DNA of 64,000 bases from Thermomicrobiaceae bacterium. Its GTDB lineage: Bacteria > Chloroflexota > Chloroflexia > Thermomicrobiales > Thermomicrobiaceae. Where the stretch lies: positions 7,247 through 71,246 of the forward strand of contig DATKRJ010000215.1 of the NCBI GenBank assembly GCA_035532355.1, in the 5' to 3' direction. This document shows positions 1-10,634 of the stretch, in pieces. The translations under genes were made by a program, and so were the position numbers. How positions within the stretch are numbered: position 1 is the stretch's first letter; each line of letters begins with the position of its first letter. The notes under the pieces were generated by a model that saw nothing but the letters and a program-made list of their open reading frames with translations, had not been told where the DNA came from and made no database searches.

Positions 1-1383
1 CTCACTGCGCTGGCGCAGGATCACGTTGCGGTTGCCCAGGATGTCGACCAGCACCGCGCCGCTCTCCACCGTGCCCTCACGCCTGGCGCTGTCGCGGCCG
101 AGGCTGATCTCACAACCCAGGTCCGGGATCAGCACTTGCTGCTCGCCGTAGCCAACATCCATCGCGAGGTCGCGGTAGAGCGACAGGTGGCGGTACTCAC
201 CGTGGATGGGGATGACGAAGCGCGGCCGGATCAGGCGGAGCATGAACTTGAGCTCCTCCCGGCTCGCGTGCCCGGACACGTGGATTGTCGGCTCGATGGC
301 CGAGTAGATGACGTCCGCACCGCGCCGGAAGAGCTGGTCGATGGTCTGTGAGACCGTCTCCTCGTTGCCCGGGACCGGCGTGGCCGAGAAGATGACGGTG
401 TCGCCCTTCTGGATCCGAATCGCCGGGTGTTCGCCGCTGGCGATGCGGGCCAGGGCGGCACTCGCCTCCCCCTGGCTGCCGGTCGTCAGAAAGAGGACCT
501 GGTCACGCGGCAGCTTGGTCGCCACGTCGACAGGGACGATCACGCCGTCCGGGGGCGTCAGGTAGCCGAGCTCCATCGCGATCCGGGTGCTCTGCTCCAT
601 GCTGCGGCCCGAGATAGCCACCCTGCGACCGTGGCGGTAGCCGGCGCGGATCGCCTGATCGATCCGCGTGATGTTCGACGCAAACGACGTCAGCACGACC
701 CGACCCTTGGCCGCGCCGATCGTGCGGTATAGGGTCTCGCTGACGACCGCTTCCGACGGGGTATGGCCCGGCCGCTCGACGCGCACGGCGTCCGAGAGCA
801 GTAGCAACACGCCCTCGTCGCCGATCTCGCGCAGACGCGCCTCGTCCGTCGGCGGACCCAGCGGCGGCGTGGGGTCGAATTTGTAGTCTCCGGTGTGCAC
901 CAACCAACCCAGCACGGTCTTGAGGCCGATCGCGAAGCTACCGGGGATGCTATGGGTGACCGGGATGAACTCGGCAGTGAAGTGCTTGCCAAGCCGGTAC
1001 TGCTGACGTGGTTCGATGATCTGGAACTGCGCCAGGTTGGTCACGCCCGCCTCGTCGAGCTTGGCCCGCACGTAGGCGATCGCCAGCGCGGAGCCGTAGA
1101 TCGGGATCGGGGCCCGGCTCTTGAGCAGCGGCAGCAGGTACGGCAGGCCGCCGATGTGGTCTTCGTGGCCGTGCGTCAGCAGGATCGCCCGCAGGCGATC
1201 GATGTTCTGCACCACGTATGAGATGTCCGGGACGATCAGGTCGACGCCGCGCATCTCCTCTTCCGGGAACTTTGTTCCCAGATCGACCATGATCATGTCC
1301 CCGCGGTACTCGTAGACGGTGCAGTTCTTGCCCACCTCGCCGATGCCACCGAGGGGAATCACTCGAATGCGCGGACGCGCCAT
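1..1383 (-). CDS. rnj: Ribonuclease J (metallo-beta-lactamase/beta-CASP RNase); C-terminal end runs off the left edge
   Basis: Absent from the ORF track because it is open at the window edge. The reverse complement of 1321-1383 reads MARPRIRVIPLGGIGEVGKNC. The reverse complement of 1141-1200 reads DRLRAILLTHGHEDHIGGLP, which carries the HxHxDH MBL motif. Confidence 0.85.
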   Translation of the reverse strand, partial: MARPRIRVIPLGGIGEVGKNCTVYEYRGDMIMVDLGTKFPEEEMRGVDLIVPDISYVVQNIDRLRAILLTHGHEDHIGGLPYLLPLLKSRAPIPIYGSALAIAYVRAKLDEAGVTNLAQFQIIEPRQQYRLGKHFTAEFIPVTHSIPGSFAIGLKTVLGWLVHTGDYKFDPTPPLGPPTDEARLREIGDEGVLLLLSDAVRVERPGHTPSEAVVSETLYRTIGAAKGRVVLTSFASNITRIDQAIRAGYRHGRRVAISGRSMEQSTRIAMELGYLTPPDGVIVPVDVATKLPRDQVLFLTTGSQGEASAALARIASGEHPAIRIQKGDTVIFSATPVPGNEETVSQTIDQLFRRGADVIYSAIEPTIHVSGHASREELKFMLRLIRPRFVIPIHGEYRHLSLYRDLAMDVGYGEQQVLIPDLGCEISLGRDSARREGTVESGAVLVDILGNRNVILRQRSE

Positions 1384-1700
1384 GTGTCAGCCCCGCTCCT
1401 GCCTGTCGCCAATCCGGCGCGTTGTCGTCGCGCCCTACAGATCATCTCACGCGGCGGCCAGGACGTCACGTCGACCGGTCGGTGATTGCGCGGGTCACGT
1501 CAGAAAGGTTCGCTTTCGCCCGTCAGTCTCCGTTCGTCGTCGGAAGTTCGCTGCTCACGATAGATCCGTGCCCCGGCGGGGTTCCCCGCGGCGTGGATCC
1601 GCGTGCTCCCTGTGCGGCCCCGATTCGCCGGCGCGGTGCCTCGTGGCCGCCGGGCGGCGCCGTTGCGTGGTCGCGTGTTGCGTTGTTCCGTGTCTTTGCC

Positions 1701-1730
1701 TTGACATGCGCCGATGGCAATCCTTAAGAT
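1701..1730 (+). promoter_or_regulatory. Sigma70-like promoter upstream of the AlaX-type gene
   Basis: TTGACA (1701-1706), an 18-nt spacer, then TAAGAT (1725-1730). The track ORF start at 1714 lies inside this promoter, which supports the ATG at 1774. Confidence 0.45.
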
Positions 1731-1773
1731 GCTCCTTCACAATCTCCCGGTGGGGGCGTTAAGGGGCGGGTGG

Positions 1774-2523
1774 ATGACTGAGCTGCTGTACCTCGCTGAC
1801 AGCTACGTGCGTGATTTCGATGCGATCGTCACCGAGGTCCGTGGCGACGCCGTCGTCCTGGATCGCACCGCTTTCTATCCCGGAGGCGGTGGCCAGCCGA
1901 ACGACGAGGGAACGCTGGCTGCCGGAGACCGGATGTGGCGGGTAGCGCGCACCGGCAAGGATGCCGGCGCGATCGTGCACGCGCTCGACGGCGGCGATCC
2001 ACCGGAGCCCGGCACTCCGGTCCACGGGGCTCTCGACTGGGAACGACGCTACCGCCTGATGCGGACCCATACGGCCCTCCACGTGCTCTGTGGCGTCGTG
2101 TTCCGGGAATATGGTGCACTGGTCACCGGCGGGAACATGGCGCCGGACAAGGCGCGCATGGACTTCGAACTGGACGATCTCAACCCGGAGCGCGTGGCCC
2201 ACATCGGGGCCCTGGCGAACGACCGCATCCACGCCGGTCTTCCCGTCTCGTGGCGCAGCCTGCCCCGCTCCGAGGCCTTCGCCATCCCCGACCTGGTCCG
2301 CACCAAGATCAACCTCCTGCCGGAGGGCATCACCGAGGTGCGCATCGTGGAGATCGCCGGCCTGGACCTGCAGGCCGACGGAGGGACACACGTCCGGAAC
2401 ACCCACGAGGTCGGCGGTATCGCCGTCGTCGGCACGCGCAGCAAGGGACGCATCAACAAGCGCCTGGAGATCGTGCTGGTTGACGCGCCGTCTCCGCGGG
2501 CCACGGCGGAGGAGCGGCCGTGA
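1774..2523 (+). CDS. alaX: AlaX-type trans-editing protein (alanyl-tRNA synthetase editing-domain homologue)
   Basis: N-terminal LYLADSYVRDFDAIV...LDRTAFYPGGGGQPNDEG, the zinc motif HTALHVLCG, and a C-terminal GGTHV. The start was chosen at the ATG after AAGGGG. The stop overlaps the next gene start (GTGA). Confidence 0.8.
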   Translation: MTELLYLADSYVRDFDAIVTEVRGDAVVLDRTAFYPGGGGQPNDEGTLAAGDRMWRVARTGKDAGAIVHALDGGDPPEPGTPVHGALDWERRYRLMRTHTALHVLCGVVFREYGALVTGGNMAPDKARMDFELDDLNPERVAHIGALANDRIHAGLPVSWRSLPRSEAFAIPDLVRTKINLLPEGITEVRIVEIAGLDLQADGGTHVRNTHEVGGIAVVGTRSKGRINKRLEIVLVDAPSPRATAEERP

Positions 2524-3710
2524 CCATCGACTGGCGGCGAGCGCTGGCATCGCGCGCGGATTGGCTCAAACCGCTGTCTCCGGATGCGTTCGTCGACGTC
2601 TCCGCGCACCCAGATCTGGTGCTGCTGGCGGGCGGCACTCCCCCGATCGAGTGCCTGCCGATCGAACGGCTCGCCTGGGCCAACGCCCGGGTGTGGGCCG
2701 AGGTCGACCCGACCATCCTCTACTACGGCGAGGTCGAGGGCTATGAGCCGCTGCGCGCGCTGATCGTCGAGCGCATGCGCCGGCGCGGGGTTTCGACCTG
2801 CGTCGAGGACGTGATCGTCACCAACGGCTCACAGCAGGGGCTCGACTTCGTGGCGCGGGCCTTCGTCGAGCCGGGCCAACGGGTGATCGTCGAGGAGCCG
2901 ACCTACTTCGGCGCGCTCCAGGTGTTCGACGCCTACCAGCCGGAGTACGTCACCGTCGCCATCGACGAGCACGGCATGCTGCCGGCGGCGCTCGAAGCGG
3001 TGCTGGCCTCCGAGCCGCGGCCGCGCCTGATCTACAGTGTGCCGACGTTCCAGAACCCCACCGGGGTCACGCTGAGCACGAGCCGGCGGCGCGAGATCCT
3101 GGCACTCGCCGCCCGCTACAACGTCCCGATCGTCGAGGACGACCCTTACGGAGAGCTGTGGTACGACGGCGGAGATCAGGGGCCACTGCGCGCGCTCGAC
3201 CCCTCGGTGATCTATCTGGGGAGCTTCTCGAAGACGCTCGCGCCGGCCCTGCGCATGGGTTGGATCGTCGCCCCGACGGTCATCCGCCCGATCTTTCGCA
3301 ACATCAAAGAGGCCGTCGACATTCAGAGCGACCGGATGGTCCAGCGGGCGGTGGCGCTCGCGGCCGGCGACGGCTGGCTGGACGAGCACGTGAGCCAGGC
3401 GCGCGCGGTGTACCGGCGGCGGCGCAACCGGCTGCTCGACGCGCTAGAGCGCGAGATGCCGGCGGATGTGCGCTGGACTGAGCCGGCCGGCGGGTTCTTC
3501 GTCTGGGTAACGCTGCCGGACGACGTCGACAGCGCCGCACTCCTCACGGATTGCGTCGCCAACGGCGTCGCCTACGTGCCGGGCTTCCCCTTCTACCCGG
3601 ACGGTCGTCGGTCTCCGGCGTTCCGCCTGGGCTTCTCGACGCTGCCGGAGGAGCGCACGGCGCTGGGCGTGCGACGATTGGGTCAGGTTCTGCGCGCGCG
3701 GCTGGGATAG
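2520..3710 (+). CDS. PLP-dependent aminotransferase, class I/II (2-aminoadipate/aromatic aminotransferase-like)
   Basis: 396-aa ORF with SFSKTLAPALRMGW (PLP-lysine region) and NPTG and DDPYGEL motifs. Confidence 0.8.
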   Translation: MTIDWRRALASRADWLKPLSPDAFVDVSAHPDLVLLAGGTPPIECLPIERLAWANARVWAEVDPTILYYGEVEGYEPLRALIVERMRRRGVSTCVEDVIVTNGSQQGLDFVARAFVEPGQRVIVEEPTYFGALQVFDAYQPEYVTVAIDEHGMLPAALEAVLASEPRPRLIYSVPTFQNPTGVTLSTSRRREILALAARYNVPIVEDDPYGELWYDGGDQGPLRALDPSVIYLGSFSKTLAPALRMGWIVAPTVIRPIFRNIKEAVDIQSDRMVQRAVALAAGDGWLDEHVSQARAVYRRRRNRLLDALEREMPADVRWTEPAGGFFVWVTLPDDVDSAALLTDCVANGVAYVPGFPFYPDGRRSPAFRLGFSTLPEERTALGVRRLGQVLRARLG

Positions 3711-3742
3711 ACCGGGCGAGCAGTGCGCGAGACGAGGGCGCG

Positions 3743-4663
3743 GTGCCTGGTCACGACGATACTACCTGGGATATCGACGGGCGCGAGGTCGACCTGTCGA
3801 ATCTCGACCGTGTGCTCTGGCCGCGCAGCGGGCTCACCAAAGCGGACCTGATCCACTACTATCGCGACGTCGCGCCGGTCATCGTCCCCTACCTCACGGC
3901 GCGTCCGCTCACGCTGCGGGTCTTCCCGGACGGGGTGGACCGCCCCGGCTTCTACCTGCGCGACCTTCCGGCCGGCGCGCCCGACTGGCTACGCTGCGCG
4001 CCCTATCAGCCAGAGACCCGCCCCGGCGAGCGCTGCGTGCCGCTGATCGACGGTGCGGCCGGTCTGGTCTGGTATGCGGACCGAGGCGGCATCGAAGTCC
4101 ACCTCTGGCCCTGCACGGTCGCGGCGCTCGATCGGCCGGACTGGGTAGTCTTCGACCTGGACCCGGGGCCGGACGTGGGCTTCGAGCGCGTGCTGGACGC
4201 GGCGACGCTCGTGCGTGACGAATTGGATCGCCTCGGCGTGACCGGACTGCCGAAGACCAGCGGCGGACGCGGGCTGCACGTGTTCGTGCCGGTCGAGCCG
4301 AACGTTCCGTTCGCGAGCGCCCGAGACTGGGTGAAGGCTATAGCAGCGCGCCTGAGCGAACTACAACCCGACCTCATTGGCACGGCCGGCGGACGCACCC
4401 ATCGGCAGGGGTTGGTCACGATCGACCACGCGCAGAACAGCCTCGGGCGCAACACGGCCGCGCCGTACACGCCGCGCGCGACACCCGACGCCACGGTCTC
4501 GGCCCCGCTGAGCTGGGACGAGGTGGAGACGGGCACGCTCCGCCCGGGCGATTTCACCCTCCTGACACTGCCCCGGAGACTCCGAGACGTCGGCGACCCG
4601 TGGCGCGCCGCGCTCGACGCTCCTCGCCACCGCCTTCCGACGGACCGGGTGACGCCCGCCTGA
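3743..4663 (+). CDS. LigD-type NHEJ polymerase/primase domain protein (stand-alone PolDom)
   Basis: [11 protein letters not shown]...[33 protein letters not shown] and [13 protein letters not shown] motifs. A GTG at 3743 starts after the stop of the previous gene. The track start at 3551 overlaps that gene. Confidence 0.75.
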   Translation: MPGHDDTTWDIDGREVDLSNLDRVLWPRSGLTKADLIHYYRDVAPVIVPYLTARPLTLRVFPDGVDRPGFYLRDLPAGAPDWLRCAPYQPETRPGERCVPLIDGAAGLVWYADRGGIEVHLWPCTVAALDRPDWVVFDLDPGPDVGFERVLDAATLVRDELDRLGVTGLPKTSGGRGLHVFVPVEPNVPFASARDWVKAIAARLSELQPDLIGTAGGRTHRQGLVTIDHAQNSLGRNTAAPYTPRATPDATVSAPLSWDEVETGTLRPGDFTLLTLPRRLRDVGDPWRAALDAPRHRLPTDRVTPA

Positions 4664-4773
4664 TCGCCGGACCCGCCACGACCCATGCGTCCGTACGCGG
4701 GGAAGCGGAGCAGCCAACGTGGTACACTTGTGTGTTGATGGGCCAATCCCGACGGGCATTCGCAGGGATCAGG

Positions 4774-5346
4774 ATGCAAGACCGCGCAACGCGATGGCAC
4801 GCGACCACGATCCTCGGCGTCCGGCGCGACGGCGTGGTCGCCGTGGCCGGTGACGGACAGGTGACCTTCGGCGACGTCATCATGAAGCACCACGCGCGCA
4901 AGATTCGGCCGCTCCTCGATGGACAGGTTGTAGCCGGCTTCGCCGGGGCCGTGGCGGACGCGCTGACGTTGTTCGAGAAGTTCGAGGCGCACCTGCGCGA
5001 CTGGGACGGCAACCTGCGCCGGGCCTCCGTGGAACTGGCCAAGGAGTGGCGCACGGACCGCTACCTCCGTCGGCTCGAGGCGCAACTGATCGTGGCCGAC
5101 GGCGACCAGGTGCTGGTGCTCTCCGGCGAGGGTGACGTCATCGAGCCGGACGACGGGATCGTGGCGATCGGAACGGGCGGTCCCTATGCCACGGCGGCGG
5201 CGCGCGCGCTGATCCAGCACACCGGCCTGAACGCCAGACAGATCGCCGAGGCAGCCATGCGCATTGCCGCAGACCTCTGCATCTATACCAACGACCACAT
5301 TGTGATTGAGACAACCAGACAGCATGAGCCTAGTCAAGACGAATGA
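4774..5346 (+). CDS. hslV: ATP-dependent protease subunit HslV (CodW-like, short N-terminal extension)
   Basis: [25 protein letters not shown]...KHHARKIR...[17 protein letters not shown]...[16 protein letters not shown]. There is no in-frame start closer to the catalytic TT. Confidence 0.9.
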   Translation: MQDRATRWHATTILGVRRDGVVAVAGDGQVTFGDVIMKHHARKIRPLLDGQVVAGFAGAVADALTLFEKFEAHLRDWDGNLRRASVELAKEWRTDRYLRRLEAQLIVADGDQVLVLSGEGDVIEPDDGIVAIGTGGPYATAAARALIQHTGLNARQIAEAAMRIAADLCIYTNDHIVIETTRQHEPSQDE

Positions 5347-6793
5347 GTTGCCCGCGTCGGGCACTCCGGAAGGACCCCTGTCGGCCGACGCGCACATCAC
5401 GCCGCGGCGCATCGTGGATGCGCTCGATCGCTACATCGTCGGCCAGCAGGACGCCAAGCGCGCGGTTGCGATCGCCCTGCGCAGCCGGTGGCGGCGCCAG
5501 CAGCTCGACGACACGATGCGCCAGGAAGTGACGCCGAAGAATATCCTCATGGTCGGGCCAACCGGGGTCGGCAAGACGGAGATCGCGCGCCGGGTGGCCA
5601 AGATCATCGACGCACCGTTCGTCAAGGTCGAGGCGACCAAGTTCACCGAGGTCGGCTATGTCGGGCGCGACGTCGAGTCGATCGTGCGTGACCTGCTCGA
5701 GGTGAGTATCGCCATGCTCCACGGGGAGCGCATGGCCGAGGTGCGCGACCAGGCGGCGTCCGCGGCGGTGCAGCGTCTGGCGGACATCCTCGTCGAACAG
5801 CGTGCCGGTCAGCGATCCGCGCGCGGGCGCGAGGAGGTGGCCGCGACCGCCGAGGGCGAGGAGCGCGCGGACGGCGAGACGCGCAAGCGCCAGGCGGCGA
5901 TACGTCGTCGCTTGGCACGCCAGCGATCCCAGGTTATCGAGCTCCTCAACAACGACGCCATCGAGGATGAAACGGTCGATCTCGAGCTCGACAACGAGGT
6001 CGACGTGTCGACCGTCGAGCTCGAGACTGGGTCCGGCATCGAGGAACTGCAGGAGGCCTTCAACGACCTGATCGACGGGCTGGCGCCGCGCCGCCGGCAC
6101 CGCAAGGTCTCCGTTCGTGAGGCCCGGCGCATCCTCACCCAGCAGGAGGCTAACCGCCTGGTGGACTTCGACTCGCTGGTGGAGGCGGCCGTCCGGCGGG
6201 CCGAGGACAGCGGCATTATCTTCGTCGACGAGATCGACAAGACCATCACCCCGAACGGCGAGTACGGACCCGACGTCTCGGGCGAGGGCGTCCAGCGCGA
6301 TCTGCTACCGATCGTCGAGGGGTCGGTGGTCATGACCCGCTACGGGCCGGTGAAGACCGACCACATGCTGTTCATCGCGGCCGGATCCTTCCAGAGTGTG
6401 CGCCCGTCCGACCTCATCCCGGAGCTCCAGGGACGGCTGCCGATCCGCGTCGAGCTCGATAGCCTGTCCGAGGACGACCTGTTCGCGATCCTGACCGAGC
6501 CCGATAACGCACTGACCCGCCAGTACGCGGCGCTGCTCAGGGCCGACGGCGTGGACGTGGAGTTTGCCGAGGATGGACTCCGGGAGATGGCGCACCTGGC
6601 CGCCCAGGTCAACAGCCACACCGAGGACATCGGTGCCCGCCGGCTGCACACGATCGTCGAGCGGGTGCTCGAAGACCTCTCGTTCGAGGCGCCCGAGCGC
6701 CAGGGAGAGCGTGTGCGCGTCGACGCGGAGTACGTGCGCTCGCGCATCCAGGACGTGGCGGCGGACGACGACTTGAGCAAATTCATCCTCTGA
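5324..6793 (+). CDS. hslU: ATP-dependent protease ATPase subunit HslU
   Basis: [33 protein letters not shown], Walker [23 protein letters not shown] and a C-terminal [10 protein letters not shown]. It overlaps the hslV end. Confidence 0.9.
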   Translation: MSLVKTNELPASGTPEGPLSADAHITPRRIVDALDRYIVGQQDAKRAVAIALRSRWRRQQLDDTMRQEVTPKNILMVGPTGVGKTEIARRVAKIIDAPFVKVEATKFTEVGYVGRDVESIVRDLLEVSIAMLHGERMAEVRDQAASAAVQRLADILVEQRAGQRSARGREEVAATAEGEERADGETRKRQAAIRRRLARQRSQVIELLNNDAIEDETVDLELDNEVDVSTVELETGSGIEELQEAFNDLIDGLAPRRRHRKVSVREARRILTQQEANRLVDFDSLVEAAVRRAEDSGIIFVDEIDKTITPNGEYGPDVSGEGVQRDLLPIVEGSVVMTRYGPVKTDHMLFIAAGSFQSVRPSDLIPELQGRLPIRVELDSLSEDDLFAILTEPDNALTRQYAALLRADGVDVEFAEDGLREMAHLAAQVNSHTEDIGARRLHTIVERVLEDLSFEAPERQGERVRVDAEYVRSRIQDVAADDDLSKFIL

Positions 6794-6916
6794 CTGTAAC
6801 AACCGGTACCGCGGTCTCGAGCCCACCAGGATCAAGCGCCCACTCCTCGAGGCGACAGGCGTCCGGGCCATGCAGTAGCATCACCCCCGAGTCGCGCTGA
6901 GAGCCGGGAGGTGGGG

Positions 6917-7609
6917 GTGGAGCGGGTCTCGGTCGTCATTCCGGTGTTCAACGAGGTCGGTAGCCTCGAGCAGATCCTGACCCAGGTCCGGGCGATTGAG
7001 CTGCCGTACGCGAAGGAGATCGTGGTCGTCGACGACTGCTCGATCGACGGCTCGCGCGAGCTGCTGCTGAGCGAGGCACTGCAGGGCAGCGACCTACGGG
7101 TGCTGACCCACGACCGCAACCGCGGCAAAGGCGCCGCCGTCCGCACGGGACTGCGCGCGGCGAGCGGAGACGTCATCATCATCCAGGACGCCGACCTCGA
7201 GTACGACCCGCGCGATTATCCGCGCCTGCTGCGGCCGATCGAGGAAGGGCGCTCAAAGGTCGTGTACGGCTCGCGGTTTCTCGGCGAGCACAAGGCGATG
7301 TACTTCTGGCACTCGGTCGGCAACAAGCTGCTGACGCTGGTCACCAATGTGCTGTTCGACACCACGCTCACGGACATGGAGACGTGCTACAAAGTCTTCA
7401 CAGCGGACGTCGCGCGCAGCTTCACCCTTCGGTCGGACCGTTGGGGCTTCGACCCGGAGATCACCGCCAAGATCCTCCGTCGCGGCCATCGCATCTACGA
7501 GGTGCCCATCGCCTACAACGGTCGCGAGTTTTGGGAGGGGAAGAAGATCAGCTGGCGAGACGGCCTCAGCGTCCTGGCCACGCTGGTACGCTACCGCTTC
7601 CTGGGCTGA
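6917..7609 (+). CDS. Family 2 glycosyltransferase (polyprenol-phosphate sugar transferase-like)
   Basis: [10 protein letters not shown]...[11 protein letters not shown]...[12 protein letters not shown]. The second GTG was chosen as the start because it is 6 nt after GGGAGG. Confidence 0.8.
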   Translation: MERVSVVIPVFNEVGSLEQILTQVRAIELPYAKEIVVVDDCSIDGSRELLLSEALQGSDLRVLTHDRNRGKGAAVRTGLRAASGDVIIIQDADLEYDPRDYPRLLRPIEEGRSKVVYGSRFLGEHKAMYFWHSVGNKLLTLVTNVLFDTTLTDMETCYKVFTADVARSFTLRSDRWGFDPEITAKILRRGHRIYEVPIAYNGREFWEGKKISWRDGLSVLATLVRYRFLG

Positions 7610-7657
7610 CCACCCCGCGTCAGTGGTGACTGGGCCGGCGACGCAAGGGAGAATGGG

Positions 7658-8635
7658 ATGACCGAGTCGGCCATCGCCGTGGACCTGGGCGGGACGAACA
7701 TCCGCGCCGCGATGGTCGGCCGCGACGGACGAATCGAGGGGGTCGTCACTCGCGGGACCGGAGCTGGCGAGGGACCGGAGGCGGTCATCGACCGCATCGT
7801 CGCCCTGGTCTCGGAGGTCGTGAACGGCGCGCAACCGGCACCGGAGGTCAAGGTCGGCGTGGTCGCGCCCGGGCCGCTGAACCCCTTCACCGGCGTGGTC
7901 TACTTCGGGCCGAACCTTCCCGGCTGGCACGACGTCCCGCTGCGGGACATTCTGCGGCAGCGGCTGAACCGCGACGTGGTCATCGGCAACGACGCGAACA
8001 GCGCCGCGCTCGGTGAGGTCATGTTCGGCGCCGCCCGGCAGGTGCGGCACCTGGTCTACCTGGCGCTCGGCACGGGGGTCGGCGGCGGTATCGTTTCGCA
8101 CGGGCATCTGATCGAGGGAATACGTGGCGTCGGCGGCGAGGTCGGTCACGTCTCGATCGACCCCTCTGGACCACGCTGCCACTGCGGCGGGATCGGCTGC
8201 GTCGAGGCCTACGTGGGCGGGTGGGCCATTGCCCGCGACGGCGAGATGCTGATCCGCTCCAGCCGGTCGAGTGCGATCGAGACGGCGGCCCGCGGCAGTC
8301 CGGTCACCGCGGAGGTCGTGGCCGAGGCAGCCCGCGCCGGTGACGAGGCGGCGCGCGGCGTCTTCCAGCGAGCCGGCCAGGCGCTGGCCGTCGGCATCGC
8401 GGGGCTGGTCAACATCTTCAACCCCGAGTTGATCGTGATCGGAGGTGGGCTCGCCGCGGTGGAGGGACTGCTGCTGGACCCACTGCGGGAGAGCCTGCCC
8501 CGCTACGCCATGGCGCAGATTCACCCGGACGCCACCATTCGGCGCTCGGCGCTCGGCGGCAACACCGGACTCTTCGGTGCCGCGGCCCGCGTCTTCTACC
8601 ATGAGCAGACGAGCAACGCGCTACTCGAACCCTGA
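7658..8635 (+). CDS. ROK family sugar kinase (glucokinase-like)
   Basis: AVDLGGTNIRAAMV, the Zn-Cys motif CHCGGIGCVEAY, and a ROK signature around LGTGVGGGIV. Confidence 0.8.
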   Translation: MTESAIAVDLGGTNIRAAMVGRDGRIEGVVTRGTGAGEGPEAVIDRIVALVSEVVNGAQPAPEVKVGVVAPGPLNPFTGVVYFGPNLPGWHDVPLRDILRQRLNRDVVIGNDANSAALGEVMFGAARQVRHLVYLALGTGVGGGIVSHGHLIEGIRGVGGEVGHVSIDPSGPRCHCGGIGCVEAYVGGWAIARDGEMLIRSSRSSAIETAARGSPVTAEVVAEAARAGDEAARGVFQRAGQALAVGIAGLVNIFNPELIVIGGGLAAVEGLLLDPLRESLPRYAMAQIHPDATIRRSALGGNTGLFGAAARVFYHEQTSNALLEP

Positions 8636-8717
8636 CTCATCGGCGCAGGGAGTAGCACCCGACGACCGGGAAGCCGCCGGCACCTCCCCGTCCCCGCACG
8701 GTTCGTTTTCGAGGATT

Positions 8718-10475
8718 ATGTCGCGTCGCGCGCTGCTTCGTTCCGTCGCTACCGCCGTACCTGCGCTTCTCTCGGCCTGCCGGGCCGGCGTCGTGACTCC
8801 GACGCCGACGCCGGAGCAACCCCAGCCGACTACTCCCACATCGGCACCCGCTACATCGACGGTGACGTCCATCCCGGACGCCCCGACTGTGGTCCCGTCT
8901 GGCGCGCCGCCCGCGACGCCGATCGACGCCACACAGGTCTTCTACGACGGCAGCTACGCTCAAGATCCGGTCAGCCACGACTTCAACGCCAACCCCGGCT
9001 GCGGCGGTGAGCCGGAGCTGTGGGCGGGCCTGCTTACGTTTACCCCCGATCTCGAGCCGAAGCCCGACTGGGCGCAGACCTGGGAGGTCGCTGCCGACGG
9101 CACAACCTGGACTTTCCACCTACGGCCCGACAACCGCGGCTGGAGCAACGGCGATCAGCTCACGGCCGCCGACTTCGTCTGGTCCTGGCAACGCAAGCTG
9201 CTGCCGGCGACCGCGGCGAGCGACGCCGCGGTGCTGTTCCCGATTCAGGGAGCCGCGGCGATCCACGCGGGAACGGCGTCGCGGTCCACGCTCGGAGCCA
9301 GCGCGCTCGACGACTGGACGCTCCAGGCCCGGCTGACGGCGCCGTCGGCTGCCTTCCTCGACATGGTCTCCACCCTCGCGACGGTCCCGGCGCATCGCCC
9401 GAGTGTGGAGCGGTACGGAGCGAGCTGGACGGAAGCGGGGCGCTGCGTCTCGAACGGGCCGTTCCAGCTCGACGGCTGGGAGCGCGGCACGCTGCTGCAG
9501 TTCTCTCCTAACCCCGGCTATTGGGATGCCGGCGGACTCACGCTGACCCAGGTGCAGGCGCCGATCACGCCAGCGGACCGCGCGCTGATCCAGTACCGGC
9601 TGGATCGCCTCGACCAGATCGGCGTCATCGGCAGCGACCTTCCCGGCCTGCAGGCCGATCCAACGCTCGGCCCCCAGCTCCGGCAGACGGTAGGGAATGG
9701 GACGTGGGCACTCTTCCCGCAGACCACCGTCCGGCCGTTCGACGATGTCCGCGTGCGCCGGGCCGCCGCTCACGCCGTCGATCGCCACCGTCTGGTCGAG
9801 ATCGTCTCGGGTCGCGCCTTGCCGGCCACCAGCCTGCTGCCGCCGGGATTCCCCGCCCACGTCGGCACCCCAGACATCGCGGGATTGCAGTCCTTCGACG
9901 TCGGCGCGGCGCTCGACGCCCTGAAGGACACGCCCTTCTCCGGCGGCGGGAACTGGCCGCCGGTGACGTTGCTGATGCGACAGGAGGACCCCGACTCCGA
10001 GCTGCTCGGACGCGATGTCGCGGCGCAGCTCGAGGAGAATCTCGGCATGTCGGTGAGCGTGACGGCGCTCGATCCGGCCGCCTTCGACGCCGCTCTGCGG
10101 CAGCGGCGTGCCGGTCTGATCTGGCTGCGATCGTGGTATGCCACGCCGGATCCGGCGGACGCATACGGGCGCCTGTTCAGCGGCGTGGATACCGCCGGTC
10201 CGACCACCTGGCGCAGCGCCGACCTGGACGCGCTCCTGGCCGGAGCGCTCGGCGAGGTAGATCTGCGCCGGCGGCTCGCGCGCTACGCGCAGGGCGAGCA
10301 TCTGCTGCAGCAGGAGGTGGCCTACGTGCCCGCCGTCTACCCGGTCAGCTGGTACCTCGTCAAGCCGTGGGTCACCGGGACACCGGTCGACCAGGCCGGG
10401 TGGCCGCTGCTCGCCGATCGCGTCTACACGCGCCGCCGCATGCCGCTGCGGATCGTCGGGCGACCGCTAAGCTGA
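8718..10475 (+). CDS. ABC transporter substrate-binding lipoprotein, family 5 (peptide/nickel type)
   Basis: ATG after GAGGA. Signal peptide MSRRALLRSVATAVPALLSAC (lipobox), a Pro/Thr linker, then an SBP_bac_5-like body. Confidence 0.75.
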   Translation: MSRRALLRSVATAVPALLSACRAGVVTPTPTPEQPQPTTPTSAPATSTVTSIPDAPTVVPSGAPPATPIDATQVFYDGSYAQDPVSHDFNANPGCGGEPELWAGLLTFTPDLEPKPDWAQTWEVAADGTTWTFHLRPDNRGWSNGDQLTAADFVWSWQRKLLPATAASDAAVLFPIQGAAAIHAGTASRSTLGASALDDWTLQARLTAPSAAFLDMVSTLATVPAHRPSVERYGASWTEAGRCVSNGPFQLDGWERGTLLQFSPNPGYWDAGGLTLTQVQAPITPADRALIQYRLDRLDQIGVIGSDLPGLQADPTLGPQLRQTVGNGTWALFPQTTVRPFDDVRVRRAAAHAVDRHRLVEIVSGRALPATSLLPPGFPAHVGTPDIAGLQSFDVGAALDALKDTPFSGGGNWPPVTLLMRQEDPDSELLGRDVAAQLEENLGMSVSVTALDPAAFDAALRQRRAGLIWLRSWYATPDPADAYGRLFSGVDTAGPTTWRSADLDALLAGALGEVDLRRRLARYAQGEHLLQQEVAYVPAVYPVSWYLVKPWVTGTPVDQAGWPLLADRVYTRRRMPLRIVGRPLS

Positions 10476-10634
10476 GCCCATGACCAACCATGGCTCCGGA
10501 ACACGTCCGCGAATTGGCCGTATTCGCGCAGACAGGTGTGTGTTATGCTGCGCAACAGCATCGTCAGGAGAAGACGCCCCGCCGGCCGCAACATGAGCTA
10601 CCCGGTACGGGACGCAGACGTGGGAGGTTGTTCG

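Noticed and set aside
3551-3742. An upstream extension of the LigD PolDom ORF.
   Set aside because: It overlaps the 3' end of the aminotransferase gene in another frame and is Arg/Gly-rich. A GTG at 3743 follows the aminotransferase stop.
4774-4806. A 10-residue N-terminal extension before the catalytic Thr of HslV, considered as a possible misannotation or novelty.
   Set aside because: The HATTI context resembles the Bacillus CodW-type HslV, which also carries a short N-terminal extension. There is no closer in-frame start codon. This is ordinary.
4006-5412. A 468-aa minus-strand ORF.
   Set aside because: It overlaps the LigD PolDom and hslV genes on the opposite strand. It has no recognisable motifs and an Arg/Ser/Pro-rich composition.
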